Position numbers and translations under genes: made by a program
In this document: positions 20,946 to 30,601 of the stretch, in pieces
Layout: every line of letters starts with the position of its first letter
Numbering within the stretch: the first letter of the stretch is position 1
Notes under the pieces: model-generated
What the model was told of the DNA's origin: nothing
Seen by the model: the letters and a program-made list of their open reading frames with translations, nothing else
Databases searched by the model: none
NCBI RefSeq assembly: GCF_006345805.1
Contig: NW_021832511.1
Span: 1-30,601, forward strand
Length of the DNA stretch: 30,601 bases
Source: Octopus sinensis
Lineage: Eukaryota
Direction: 5' to 3'

Positions 20946-21420
20946 ATACTACTGCTCCCAATTGTGGTCCCCACAGAGTGAAAAACTAATTGCGGAATTT
21001 GAAGCGATCCAACGCCACTTCACAAAGACTATAGACTCAGTAAAACACATGAGCTACTAGGAGAGATTGAGGGAACTGGGACTCTACTCTCTGAAGAGGA
21101 GACGTGAGAGATATTCAGTGCTATACATGAGGAAAATAATGGAGAGTCTGGCTCCAAATTTCGGGATTGAAATCTACAACAATCCCCGAACTGGACAACA
21201 CTGCACAGTACCAAAGTTCCATCTTCGCCATCGAGGATACGAAACCAATATTGTAATAGTTTGGGTTTCAAAGGACCACAACTTTTTAATGCCCTACGAC
21301 AGAACATCAGGGATTTGCAAGGTGTAGACATAGAAGTCTTCAAAAAACGTCTAGACAGTTTTTTTTACCTGCAATTCCAGATGAAACCACATCGCGACAG
21401 GAGGCACAAAGTGCGACAAC
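20946..21420 (+). pseudogene. CR1/L2-group RT C-terminal fragment, degenerate
   Basis: YCSQLWSPQSEKLIAEFEAIQRHFTK, ERLRELGLYSLKRRRERY and NSLGFKGPQLFNAL..FKKRLDSF, with stops and frameshifts. Confidence 0.8.
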
Positions 21421-21446
21421 GTCATATATATATATATATATATATA

Positions 21447-22615
21447 TTATTATAAAAGGCAGATTTTATCTGCCTCCCTTTGTCAGTTATAGAAATCTAC
21501 AATATAGGATTTCTTCAATTACAATTTACCTAGCATTTTTAAGAGTAGAATGCATCGGATTTTGCCAGGTCCAGTTTTTAAAATTTAAACTCCAATTAAG
21601 CAAAATTTACAGAAAACTCACATTCTGGTGTGTATGTCAAATGCTTTTCTTAGTCTGGTTTACAGCACACGCAAACGCACACACACAGTTTGCAACGAAT
21701 AAAGTGAAACTAGATGTAATATTTGTTTCTGTCTATCACGCTGATAGATACATGAGTAAAATGTATGGCAAGCTAACAGATAAGAGTGAGTGAAAATGTT
21801 CTTGGAAGAGAGTAAATAGCGACAGAGTGATTTGAGGAAGACTAAACTGAAAGTATGAAACAGTGTTTATGTATAAACAGACGACACTTATATAAACCCT
21901 TTCGTTACCAAACCGCCCGAATTTACCTATTCATATTTAAATGAGAATATCAGAGTAAATCTCTTTAGTACATTCGTGAAAACACGTATTATACTTCGAA
22001 AACACTTCAGATACATTTTTGTACAAAAATCGAAGTGTAATTTTAATTCCGTGAATTATGGGAGATTTTTTTCCGAAATTTGTTCCTATTGTGTTTTCAA
22101 AATTTGTAATTCTGACAAAAAATGGATACGAATTTCATTATATCAAGCAACGAGTCAGAATTCGAAGGATTTTCTACTGAAGACCTTCATAAATCTAACT
22201 CTATGACTGAAAAAAAAAGCATCTTTATATAAGAGTGAAGTTGTGTGTCTGTCTCCTACGATTTAGATTCGTAACTACTCCCACATTTTGCGGTGCAGTT
22301 TAACCAAAAGCGGGTATCTTATAGTCGTGATTCATATCGAGCCCTTCTGGGTATTAGCGCGCGTCTACGATGAGTCTACGATTTAAAAAAAAGTTACCAT
22401 CATATTTTTCCATTTAATGCATTTTTTTCGCTTTTATATAAGGGAAGTAACTCTCTAAAAATATCTACGATGTGTCAACGATTTAAAAAAAAATTTACCT
22501 TAATTTTTTTTCAATTTTTAATGCATTTTTTTGCTATTTTTTGGCTATAACTCTCTAAAAATGCTTATATAGTTATTTCCCTTACAACCCGAGCAACGCC
22601 GGGCGATACTGCTAG
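21447..22615 (+). mobile_element. Non-autonomous Helitron unit 1 (type-A 5' end; internal type-B 5' end at 22222; 3' hairpin + CTAG)
   Basis: 5' region shared with 7165; A|TCTTTATATAAGAG at 22222; cccgagcaacgccgggcgatactgCTAG ending at 22615. Confidence 0.8.
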
Positions 22616-23092
22616 TCTTATTATAAAAGGCAGATTTTATCTGCCTCCCTTTGTCTCTTATAGAAATCTACAATATAGGATTTCTTCAATTACAAGTTAC
22701 CTAGCATTTTTAAGAGTAGAATGCATCGGGTCGTGCCAGGTCCAGTTTTTAAAATTTCAACCCCAATTAAGCAAAATTTAGAGAACACTCACATTGTGGT
22801 GTATAAGTCAAATGCTTTTCTTAGTGTGTGCTACAGCACACGCACACACACACACACACAGTGTGCAACGATTAAAGTGAAAGTAATTCACTTTTTGTAG
22901 TGAGTGACTCTTTCACTCTGCATTCCCACTTCCTCTTTACACACATACACACGCAAATATATAAATAAAATTGTAAGCTAACGTGTGTGTGTGTGTGTGT
23001 GTGCGTGTGTGTGAGTGTGTGTGTGTGTGCGTGTGTGTGTGTGAGGGTGCGTGTGTGTGTGTGCGTGTGCGTGTGCGTGAGTGTGTGACAGG

Positions 23093-23443
23093 AAAGTTTT
23101 TTAGGACGAATATAAGACCTAAAGTATATCCAAGTAGCAGAAAGATCGCCCAAAAGTGTATATAGATATTTAAATGTATTTATATATTCATCTATACACA
23201 GGTGTATGTATAATGTGTGTATATATTTCCATAGACGTAACCATTCACTCCGCACAAAGTTTTTTAGGACGAAAATAAGATCTAAAGTTATCTCTAAGAA
23301 ACAGAAAGATCGCCCAAAAGTGTATATAGATATTTAAATGTATTTATATATTCATCTATACACACATGTATGTATAATGTGCGTGTATATATTTCCATAG
23401 AGGTAACCATTCAATCCATACAAAGTTTTTTAGGACGAAAATA
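23093..23443 (+). repeat. ~164-bp tandem repeat, about 2.1 copies, inside Helitron unit 2
   Basis: aagttttttaggacgaa recurs at ~23093, ~23257 and ~23422, with collinear units. Confidence 0.8.
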
Positions 23444-23689
23444 TTTATATATAAAAGAAAGGTTGTGTGTCTGTCTACTCCGATTTAGATTCCTAACTAC
23501 TCCCACATTTTGCGATGCAGTTTAACCAAAACCGGGTATCTTATAGTCGTGATTCATATCGAGCCCTTCTGGGTATTAGCGCGCGTCTACGATGAGTCTA
23601 TGATTTTACAAATAATTTATCATTATTTTTTTCATTTTAATGCATATTTTTTTTAATAAAGGGAAGTAACTCTCAAACTTCACACCAAT

Positions 23690-24184
23690 ATGCGTGCTCA
23701 TATGCGGCGTAATATCACATCAGCAGCATTTCCTCACACCCTCCTTGCACTTGGCGAAGGCAAAATACCAGGGGATGAAAATGGTAATATTGCCATCGAT
23801 TCCATTTGTACCATTGTTAAGACGCCTTCTGATCTCAGAGATGCAGTGTTCCAAGATCTACAAGCTAATTATCAGAATATGGATTGGATTGGCTAAAAGG
23901 CTATACTGGCCCCGAGGAATAAAACTGTTCACCATATTAATGATGAAATGCTAAAACTCATTCCTGGGGAAGTCTATGTATATCAGTCTATCGATACAAC
24001 TCCTGACCCAGAGGACGTCATCAACTATCCAATAGAGGTACTCAATTCCTTTGAGCACCCCGGACTACCACCACACTTTCTCAAACTTAAAGTTGCTGCC
24101 CCTATAATGCTCATCAGAAATTTGGTTCCCCCAAAACAATGCAATGGCACACGTTTGATCATAAGTCCTTATCTCCCAGCGTAA
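23690..24184 (+). pseudogene. PIF1-family helicase fragment of Helitron RepHel type (one in-frame stop at 23894)
   Basis: LLALGEGK..KAILAPRNKTVHHINDEMLKLIPGE...YQSID...YPIEVLNSFEHPGLPPHFLKLKVAAPIMLIRNL.P.KQCNGTRLI. The two listed ORFs are in frame across a TAA. Confidence 0.9.
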
Positions 24185-24287
24185 ACTTATATCAATATTT
24201 GCCTGAATAATCATCATAATTCAGTGCAATCATTAACAGTACTTTCAAGCAATTCAGCCCCGAGCAACACCAGGCAATTCTGCTAGT

Positions 24288-24777
24288 CATTATTATTAAT
24301 ATTTTCAATAGTACTTTTATTATTACTATTATTATTATGATTATTAATAATATTATTATTAGAATGTTATTATCATTATCAGCCTTATTATTATTATTAT
24401 TACTATTATTACTTATATTATTATTGTTGTTATTATTAATATTATTATTATTATTATCATTATTATCATTGTTATTATTATTATTATTATTATTATTAAT
24501 ATTATTTTTTTTATTCTTATCATTATGATTTATATTAATATTATTATTATTATTATTTTTATTATCATTATTATTATTATTATTATTAATGTTATTATCA
24601 TTATTATTATAATCTTTTTCATGATTCTTTTAATATTATTATTATTTTTATTATCATTACAATTATTAATAATATTATGATTATTATTATCATTATCATT
24701 ATTAATATTATTATCATTAATAATATTGCTATTATTATTATTGTTGTTAATAATATTAATATTATTATTACTATTAT

Positions 24778-24808
<31 letters not shown>

Positions 24809-25106
24809 ATCACTATCATTATTATTATTATTTTCAATAGTATTATTATTAGTATTATCATTATTATTATTATGAATATTATTAACATTATTATTGATAT
24901 TAACATTATTATTAACATGATCATTATCATTATTATTAGTATTATTAACATTATCATTATCAGTATTATTATTATTATTATTGTTGTTATTATTAAAACA
25001 TTTATTAATATAATTATTATTATTATTACTATTATTATTATCATTATTATTACTATTATTCTTATTATGAATATTAATATTATTATTATTATTATTTTTA
25101 TTATTC

Positions 25107-25140
<34 letters not shown>

Positions 25141-25590
25141 TTTCATTATCATTATTATTATTACTATTAATAATAATAATAATATTACTATTATAATTAT
25201 TGTTATTGTTAATATTATTAATGTTATTGTCATTATTATCATTATTATTATCATTAATGTTATTATTATTACAATTATTAATAATATTATGATTATTATT
25301 ATTATCATCATTATTATTAATATTATTATTTATATTATGATTATTAATATTATTATTAATTTTATTATTATTATTATTATTATCATTATTAATAGTATTA
25401 TTATTAATATATTTATTATTATTATCATCATTATCATTATTATTATATTATTATTTATATTATGATTATTAATATTATTATTAATTTTATTATTATTATT
25501 ATTATTATCATTATTAATAGTATTATTATTAATATATTTATTATTATTATCATCATTATCATTATTATTAATATTATTATTATTATCATT
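24288..25590. repeat. Long degenerate (ATT)n low-complexity field
   Basis: Direct inspection; it is the source of the poly-Ile ORFs. Confidence 0.95.
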
Positions 25591-26599
25591 CAGTAGTTTT
25601 ATTTTTATAGCGTACTTTCACTTCACTACCGAGCGCAGCTCTGTGTGCCTTGGGTATGTGCTGTGATTTGTTGTGATGCTCTGATGGTTATTGTATGGAA
25701 AGTGTTCTGCGTAGGATCTGTGCAGTGCCTAGTAGTGCAATTTTCTGTATGTTATATGTGTTTGTAAGTCCTGGTGTTTTTGTTATGTATTTGTCTGAAT
25801 ATTTTTTTATCATGCCTAATGCACCTACTATGATAGGAATTGTTTCTGTTTTCAGGTTCCACATTCTAGTTACCTCTATTTCCAGGTCTTTGTATTTTGA
25901 GAGTTTCTCCATTTCTTTTAGAGACACGTTGTCATCTGCCGGTATTGATACATCAATTAGAAAGCATTTTTTTTCTTCATGATCTATGACAACTATATCT
26001 GGTCTGTTGGCCTTAATTTCTCTATCTGTGTGTATTGGCATATCCCAGACTATGGTTGCTTTCTCGTTTTCTGTGACCTTTTCCGGTGTGTGCCTATACC
26101 ATCTTTTTTCTGTTGTTATTTCATAATGTTAGCATAGCTTCCAGTGTATGTAGGTTCCAACTCTGTCATGTCTGCGAATATATTCCTTCTTAGCTAGGAC
26201 TGGGCAGCCAGAGATAATATGATTTATTGTTTTTTGTCCATCTCCACATATTCTGCAGTTACTTGTTATATTTCTTTTCATTACATGTTTTTGGTAATTT
26301 CTGGTGGGGAGGCTTTGGTCTTGTGCTGCAATTAAAAATCCCTCTATCTCTGCTTTGAGTCCTGAGCTTCTCAACCGTTGCTGGGATTTTTCTTTGTCTA
26401 TTTCTTTTGCGTTTAGTTTAGTCCAGTATTTACCATGAAGGGGCTTTTCTTGCCATCGTTTTATCATGGTTCGTTGCTGTTCTATTTTTAGTTTGGATTT
26501 CATTTGTTTTATAGCTTTTGTTGTTTCTTCATCTTCTTCTTCTTCTTCTTCATGTTTATTAGGTGGGATGATTTCTTGTTTGTATTTGTCAGCTTCCTT
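25591..26599 (-). mobile_element. 5'-truncated RLE-type LINE of R4/Dong type embedded in (TAA)n, with one premature stop
   Basis: KPLHGKY..EGFLIAAQDQSLPTRNY, CCHC motif CRICGDGQKTINHIISGC, RHD and the RLE motif RPDIVVID..KCFLIDVSIP...KLSKY. The TAA at 26129 is in frame with 25688..26041. The 3' UTR ends ..aaaactactgaa + TGA(TAA)n. Confidence 0.88.
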
Positions 26600-26611
26600 T
26601 ATTATTATTAC

Positions 26612-26654
<43 letters not shown>

Positions 26655-26765
26655 AATAATAATATTATAGTTATTGTTGTTGTTGTTGTTTTTCTTGTTT
26701 TTATTATTGTTATTGCTATTGTTATTGTTTTTGTTGTTGTTCTTGTTGTTGTTATTATTATTATC

Positions 26766-26797
<32 letters not shown>

Positions 26798-26875
26798 TAT
26801 CATAATTATTTGATTATTATTATTATTATTATCATCATTGTTATTATTATTATTATTATTATTATTAATATTATC

Positions 26876-26907
<32 letters not shown>

Positions 26908-26933
26908 CATTATTATTAATAATATAATTATTA

Positions 26934-26988
<55 letters not shown>

Positions 26989-26991
26989 TAT
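26600..26991. repeat. (ATT)n/(GTT)n low-complexity field
   Basis: Direct inspection. Confidence 0.95.
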
Positions 26992-27000
26992 AAGTCTGAT

Positions 27001-27528
27001 GGCTATGAAACCACCCTTTCGAAATCATCCAACAAAGAATCGAATACCGCAGCTCATAGTAGAGAACATTTTGCCCACTGAAGATCAGCAATAATTTATG
27101 GTAAAGCTGAATCCACCTGTGATACAGGCATAAACCACCTAAAAGAAGACATTAATTTTGTTTCCAATTTAGTTGGAGAATTGTTTTCTGTCAACGAGAA
27201 TGTCAGTATCCATAAGGTCGCTCGGCTAGGAAGATACCAAGCGAACTCAACCTCAGATACTAGACCGCGCCCAATAAGAGTAATCTTTGCTTCCGATCAG
27301 GAGGCTTCAACCTTTCTGAACAGAGCTCAGACGCATGCCTGGGAGGACCCCAATATGGGTTTTCGCGAGGAATACTCACTGAGAGAATGAATTCGCCGGA
27401 GAAACCTAATATCCGAACTAAAGATGAGAAAACAGATGGGAGAGAAGGGTTTATGCATCCAAGATGGACAAATAATCAAGTCCTACCTCTGGTCGCATGC
27501 TGTAGTGCTGACAGGGAAAGTGAATTGA
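27001..27528 (+). pseudogene. CR1-group ORF1 C-terminal half with two in-frame TGA codons (27079, 27388)
   Basis: The single frame reads *RSAIIYGKAES..HKVARLGR..RPRPIRVIF..EEYSLRE*IRRRNLISELKMRKQMGEKGLCIQDGQIIK..VN*. This fits the usual 'N.II.G..E / RLG..RPRPI.V / R..R..L..EL..R...GE..L.I..G.I' ORF1 pattern. Confidence 0.7.
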
Positions 27529-30413
27529 GGGCGAATCGAAGTAAAGTAGATACCCCCGCCAACGATGCTATCTCTGATACCCCTTATTCTGCTTGTTCCC
27601 CAACTCCCGCCCCTCAAACTTCACAGCTCAGCATCGTCTATACCAACTCGTGCTCCTTATTCCCAAAGTTCAGCAAACTATTTACACTGGCCATACGTGA
27701 CTCCCCTGATGTGATAGCTATCACCGAGACTTGGCTGACTCCAGCAGTAAAGGACTTAGAAATCCACCTACAGGGCTACGTCCTCTTCAGATGTGACAGA
27801 GAAAAAAGGCGAGGTGGAAGTGTTGCTGTGTATGTTAAATCTGATCACAAACCGTCCAGCGGTATTCTACCCACTAATGCTCAACCTACAACAAAATTCG
27901 ATGCCGTCTATTGCAAGCTGAGCCTATCCGAGTTTTGCCTGCCTGTGTTAGCTGTCTACAGGCCGCCTCTCGCCGACCCCCAGGACGATGCTCATTTACT
28001 CGAAGCGATAAGATTCGTTTCAGCTTCGCATGACTGTTTGATACTAGGAGACTTCAACGCACCCACGATCGATTGGCCCGCATCAATTTGTACATCATCT
28101 TCCCGGTTCGGCCAGGCCCTTCTTGACGTGGCTGAAGATTGTTTTCTATCGCAACATGTTGAAGATCTGACAAGGCATCGGTCTGGGCAGCAGCCATCTA
28201 TGCTGGATCTGGTATTCTCCCGCTATCCAAGATCAGTGTCAGACGTATCTGTGTGCGCCCCTCTTGCCAAGAGTGATCATGCGGTCCTGAAGTTCGTCAT
28301 GCACACAACTTTTTCTACGCCCACGACTACTTCGCTGCCACGTAGAGTCTTCTCTGCAATTAATCTTGAAATTCTAACCGAGGCTTCCGCGCTTCTGGAC
28401 TGGCGATCCTTGATGACATTGTCCTCAGTTGACGAACTATGGTCATCCCTCAAAGCATATGTAATCTGGTTGACTGACCAGGCAGTTCCCGTTGGACTTC
28501 CCAAGAAGAAGAAACACAAGCCCTGGGTGACGAAGAAGGTTAAACGAGAACTTCGACTCAGAGATATTGCTTGGGCTGAATTCAAAAATCTGGATTCGAC
28601 TGCAGCTTTTGAGGTGTACAAAACTCAACGAGACCGAGCCATGAAAATTGAAAAGGAAGAACGCTTCAGTTATGAATACAAAATCGCGGCAAATGCCAGT
28701 AGCAATCCAAAAACCTTCTTTGCCCATGTCCAACGGAATTCCCGCTTGAACAACCAGATTACAACGTTGGTAGACTCAACAGGTGTATCGATTGAGGACC
28801 CTTATCAACAGAGTCAATTATTTGCCGAGGCTTTTTCAACTATTTTCAAACAAGATGACGGTCGTGAACCCCCTCCATTTGATAGATCGGTACCTCCAAT
28901 GCTTCGATTGGTCATCACGCGGGATGAGGTCAAACGTGTTATTCAAGGCCGCCTCAATGTCAACAAGGGTCACGGCCCTGACGGCTTACACCCACGGGTT
29001 ATCAAAGCGTTGGCTCTGGTCATCTGCGAGCCCTTAACACATCTATTCAATATGTCATTGGCGACGGGTGTTATACCTGCGGACTGGAGAACAGCGATGA
29101 TCTGCCCAATTTTCAAGAAAGGGAGCCGCGAAGACCCGCTTAACTACCGACCGGTTTCCCTTACATCAATAATCAGCAAGATGTTCGAAACCATCCTTAA
29201 GAAAAGTATGATACACCACCTCCAAAACACAGCCTCCATCTCTGATTCCCAACACGGCTTCGTGCCGAAGAGATCATGCTTGACCAACTTACTGGTAATG
29301 GAAGAATTGGTGACGCGCATCCTCGATGATAGTGATGCTGTTGACATCGTTTTATTGGACTTTGCCAAAGCTTTTGACTCGGTAAACCACCGCCTATTAC
29401 TTGTCAAGCTTCAAGCATATAGTTTCCATCCGGATATTGTACGATGGGTTGGGGCCTTCCTCTCAGATCGCTTCTTCCAAGTCCAAGTTAATGGTTCGCG
29501 GTCCGACGTCTCCAGTGCGAGCAGTGGCGTGCCTCAAGGTTCAGTGCTTGGGCCCTTGTTGTTCTTAGTCTTCATAAATGACTTGCCCGACGACCTCACG
29601 CAACACACCCTTCTATTTGCCGACGATATCAAACTGGTCGCTCCTCGCGGTGATATAGAGGATTTTCGTCGATGCCTCCACCAAATTTGGAGGTGGTCTA
29701 ACGAATGGGACCTGTGTCTGAACGTGTCAAAGTGCTGTCATCTGCCTGTTGGCTCTCCTCCTGCAACTCAACTTGATTTCGAGCCGGGTCGTCTGCTGCT
29801 AGAGAGGACCGATCAGGTAAAGGACCTGGGTATCTTGGTGGATTCCTCCTTTTCGCCTTCGGCCCAGTGCGTCCATGCTGCCAACAAAGCACGCGGAATT
29901 CTGTTCTTGATTCGACGGTCATTCGGAATGCTCACAGCAGCCATATTCCTACCACTCTATGTCACGCTGGTCAGACCGATATTGGAATACGGGATTCAAG
30001 CCTCTTCTCCTTATCTCCTCAAAGACATACAGCATCTCAAAAGAGTCCAGAAGCTGGCTACCCGCATGGTTCATGGTCTCAAAAATTTGTCCTATGAAGA
30101 AAGGCTGAGGACGCTCAACCTTTATTCTCTAGAAAAACGCTGCCGCCGTGGTGATCTCATTCTCGCCCACATCATAAGCGGAAAGTGTAACCTCTCGAAA
30201 GAGCTGTTCTTCACTCCTGCTCCAGAGCGTCGGCTGCGGGGTCATTCCGAAAAGCTCTACCTGCGACGATTTCATCTCAATCGAAGGAGAGGGGCTTTCT
30301 CCGTCCGGGTTGCGGATCCGTGGAACAAGCTGCCAGACGAGATGGTGAAGATGGCGACGACCGCTTTGTTCAAAGCCTCCCTTGACCTCAAGTGGCCTGA
30401 ACTCTTTACATGA
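27453..30413 (+). CDS. CR1-group ORF2: APE endonuclease + reverse transcriptase, uninterrupted frame (start codon uncertain)
   Basis: Endonuclease motifs YTNSCSL, ITETWL, GDFNAP, LDLVF, SDH. RT motifs GPDGLHPR, NYRPVSLTS, QHGF, DFAKAFDSV, GVPQGSVLGP, FADD, KDLG. The C-terminus reads RGH..FSVRV..WNKLP. Confidence 0.88.
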   Translation: MHPRWTNNQVLPLVACCSADRESELRANRSKVDTPANDAISDTPYSACSPTPAPQTSQLSIVYTNSCSLFPKFSKLFTLAIRDSPDVIAITETWLTPAVKDLEIHLQGYVLFRCDREKRRGGSVAVYVKSDHKPSSGILPTNAQPTTKFDAVYCKLSLSEFCLPVLAVYRPPLADPQDDAHLLEAIRFVSASHDCLILGDFNAPTIDWPASICTSSSRFGQALLDVAEDCFLSQHVEDLTRHRSGQQPSMLDLVFSRYPRSVSDVSVCAPLAKSDHAVLKFVMHTTFSTPTTTSLPRRVFSAINLEILTEASALLDWRSLMTLSSVDELWSSLKAYVIWLTDQAVPVGLPKKKKHKPWVTKKVKRELRLRDIAWAEFKNLDSTAAFEVYKTQRDRAMKIEKEERFSYEYKIAANASSNPKTFFAHVQRNSRLNNQITTLVDSTGVSIEDPYQQSQLFAEAFSTIFKQDDGREPPPFDRSVPPMLRLVITRDEVKRVIQGRLNVNKGHGPDGLHPRVIKALALVICEPLTHLFNMSLATGVIPADWRTAMICPIFKKGSREDPLNYRPVSLTSIISKMFETILKKSMIHHLQNTASISDSQHGFVPKRSCLTNLLVMEELVTRILDDSDAVDIVLLDFAKAFDSVNHRLLLVKLQAYSFHPDIVRWVGAFLSDRFFQVQVNGSRSDVSSASSGVPQGSVLGPLLFLVFINDLPDDLTQHTLLFADDIKLVAPRGDIEDFRRCLHQIWRWSNEWDLCLNVSKCCHLPVGSPPATQLDFEPGRLLLERTDQVKDLGILVDSSFSPSAQCVHAANKARGILFLIRRSFGMLTAAIFLPLYVTLVRPILEYGIQASSPYLLKDIQHLKRVQKLATRMVHGLKNLSYEERLRTLNLYSLEKRCRRGDLILAHIISGKCNLSKELFFTPAPERRLRGHSEKLYLRRFHLNRRRGAFSVRVADPWNKLPDEMVKMATTALFKASLDLKWPELFT

Positions 30414-30493
30414 ACACCACCCTGTACTTAACTCCATGTCCCCTTACATGGCCTTGCTATTTGCTTTTGAGCCAAATTAACTAACTAACTAAC

Positions 30494-30601
30494 ATTATCA
30501 TTATTATTATTATTTTTGTTATCATTATTATTTTTAATATTGTTATTATTATTATTATTATCATTATTATTATTATTGTTGTTGTTATCATTATTATTAT
30601 T
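30494..30601. repeat. (ATT)n low-complexity field
   Basis: Direct inspection. Confidence 0.95.

Larger units (their letters stand above)
22616..24286 (+). mobile_element. Non-autonomous Helitron unit 2 (type-A 5' end, type-B segment from ~23442, helicase fragment, 3' hairpin + CTAG)
   Basis: Starts TCTTATTATAAAAGG immediately after the unit 1 CTAG and ends cccgagcaacaccaggcaattctgCTAG|T at 24286. Confidence 0.8.
26992..30493 (+). mobile_element. 5'-truncated CR1-group LINE (partial ORF1, complete ORF2, short 3' UTR, (TAAC)n tail)
   Basis: ORF1 remnant, an open ORF2 and the tail ttaactaactaactaac at ~30477-30493, inserted in (ATT)n. Confidence 0.85.

Noticed and set aside
24337-27094. Long poly-Ile/Leu/Asn ORFs (e.g. 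24619..25311, 24677..25465, N-terminal part of 26129..27091)
   Set aside because: They are translations of (ATT)n low-complexity DNA, not proteins.
27387-27452. Listed N-terminus of the 1008-aa ORF
   Set aside because: It overlaps ORF1 coding sequence, and its ATG depends on a probable C>T change that made an ORF1 stop.
27505-27528. Programmed -1 frameshift fusing CR1 ORF1 and ORF2
   Set aside because: ORF1 codons read ACA GGG AAA GTG, which is not a canonical X XXY YYZ register, and no clear downstream stimulator was seen.
26978-30507. 14-bp TSD attatcattattat around the CR1 element
   Set aside because: The match is real but lies in ATT low-complexity sequence, so it is uninformative.

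Overview
This is an AT-rich animal genomic window made almost entirely of transposable elements and microsatellites, and I found no supportable host gene. The SINE families and (TA)n/(CA)n/(TAA)n density resemble Octopus; that is my recollection, not verified. Main contents: (1) a full-length ~5.35 kb Tx1/L1-clade LINE (10279-15626, minus) with a 16-bp target-site duplication (TSD) inside a tRNA-type SINE; (2) a 5'-truncated CR1-group LINE with an open endonuclease/RT frame (26992-30493); (3) three restriction-like-endonuclease (RLE; R4/Dong-like) LINE fragments; (4) non-autonomous Helitrons, including a head-to-tail pair with a PIF1 helicase fragment; (5) a mariner relic, several SINE families, a Penelope-type minimal hammerhead ribozyme and a perfect 43-bp hairpin. 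The strongest lead is an apparent LINE/SINE targeting loop. The Tx1 element sits at a defined site between the SINE's A and B boxes, and a variant of that SINE carries the LINE's last 33 bp (29/33 identical). At two other loci that SINE tail joins the same target site in the same register, suggesting the SINE is mobilised by a LINE that targets the SINE itself. All alignments were done by eye, so boundaries are approximate unless a TSD or terminus is quoted.
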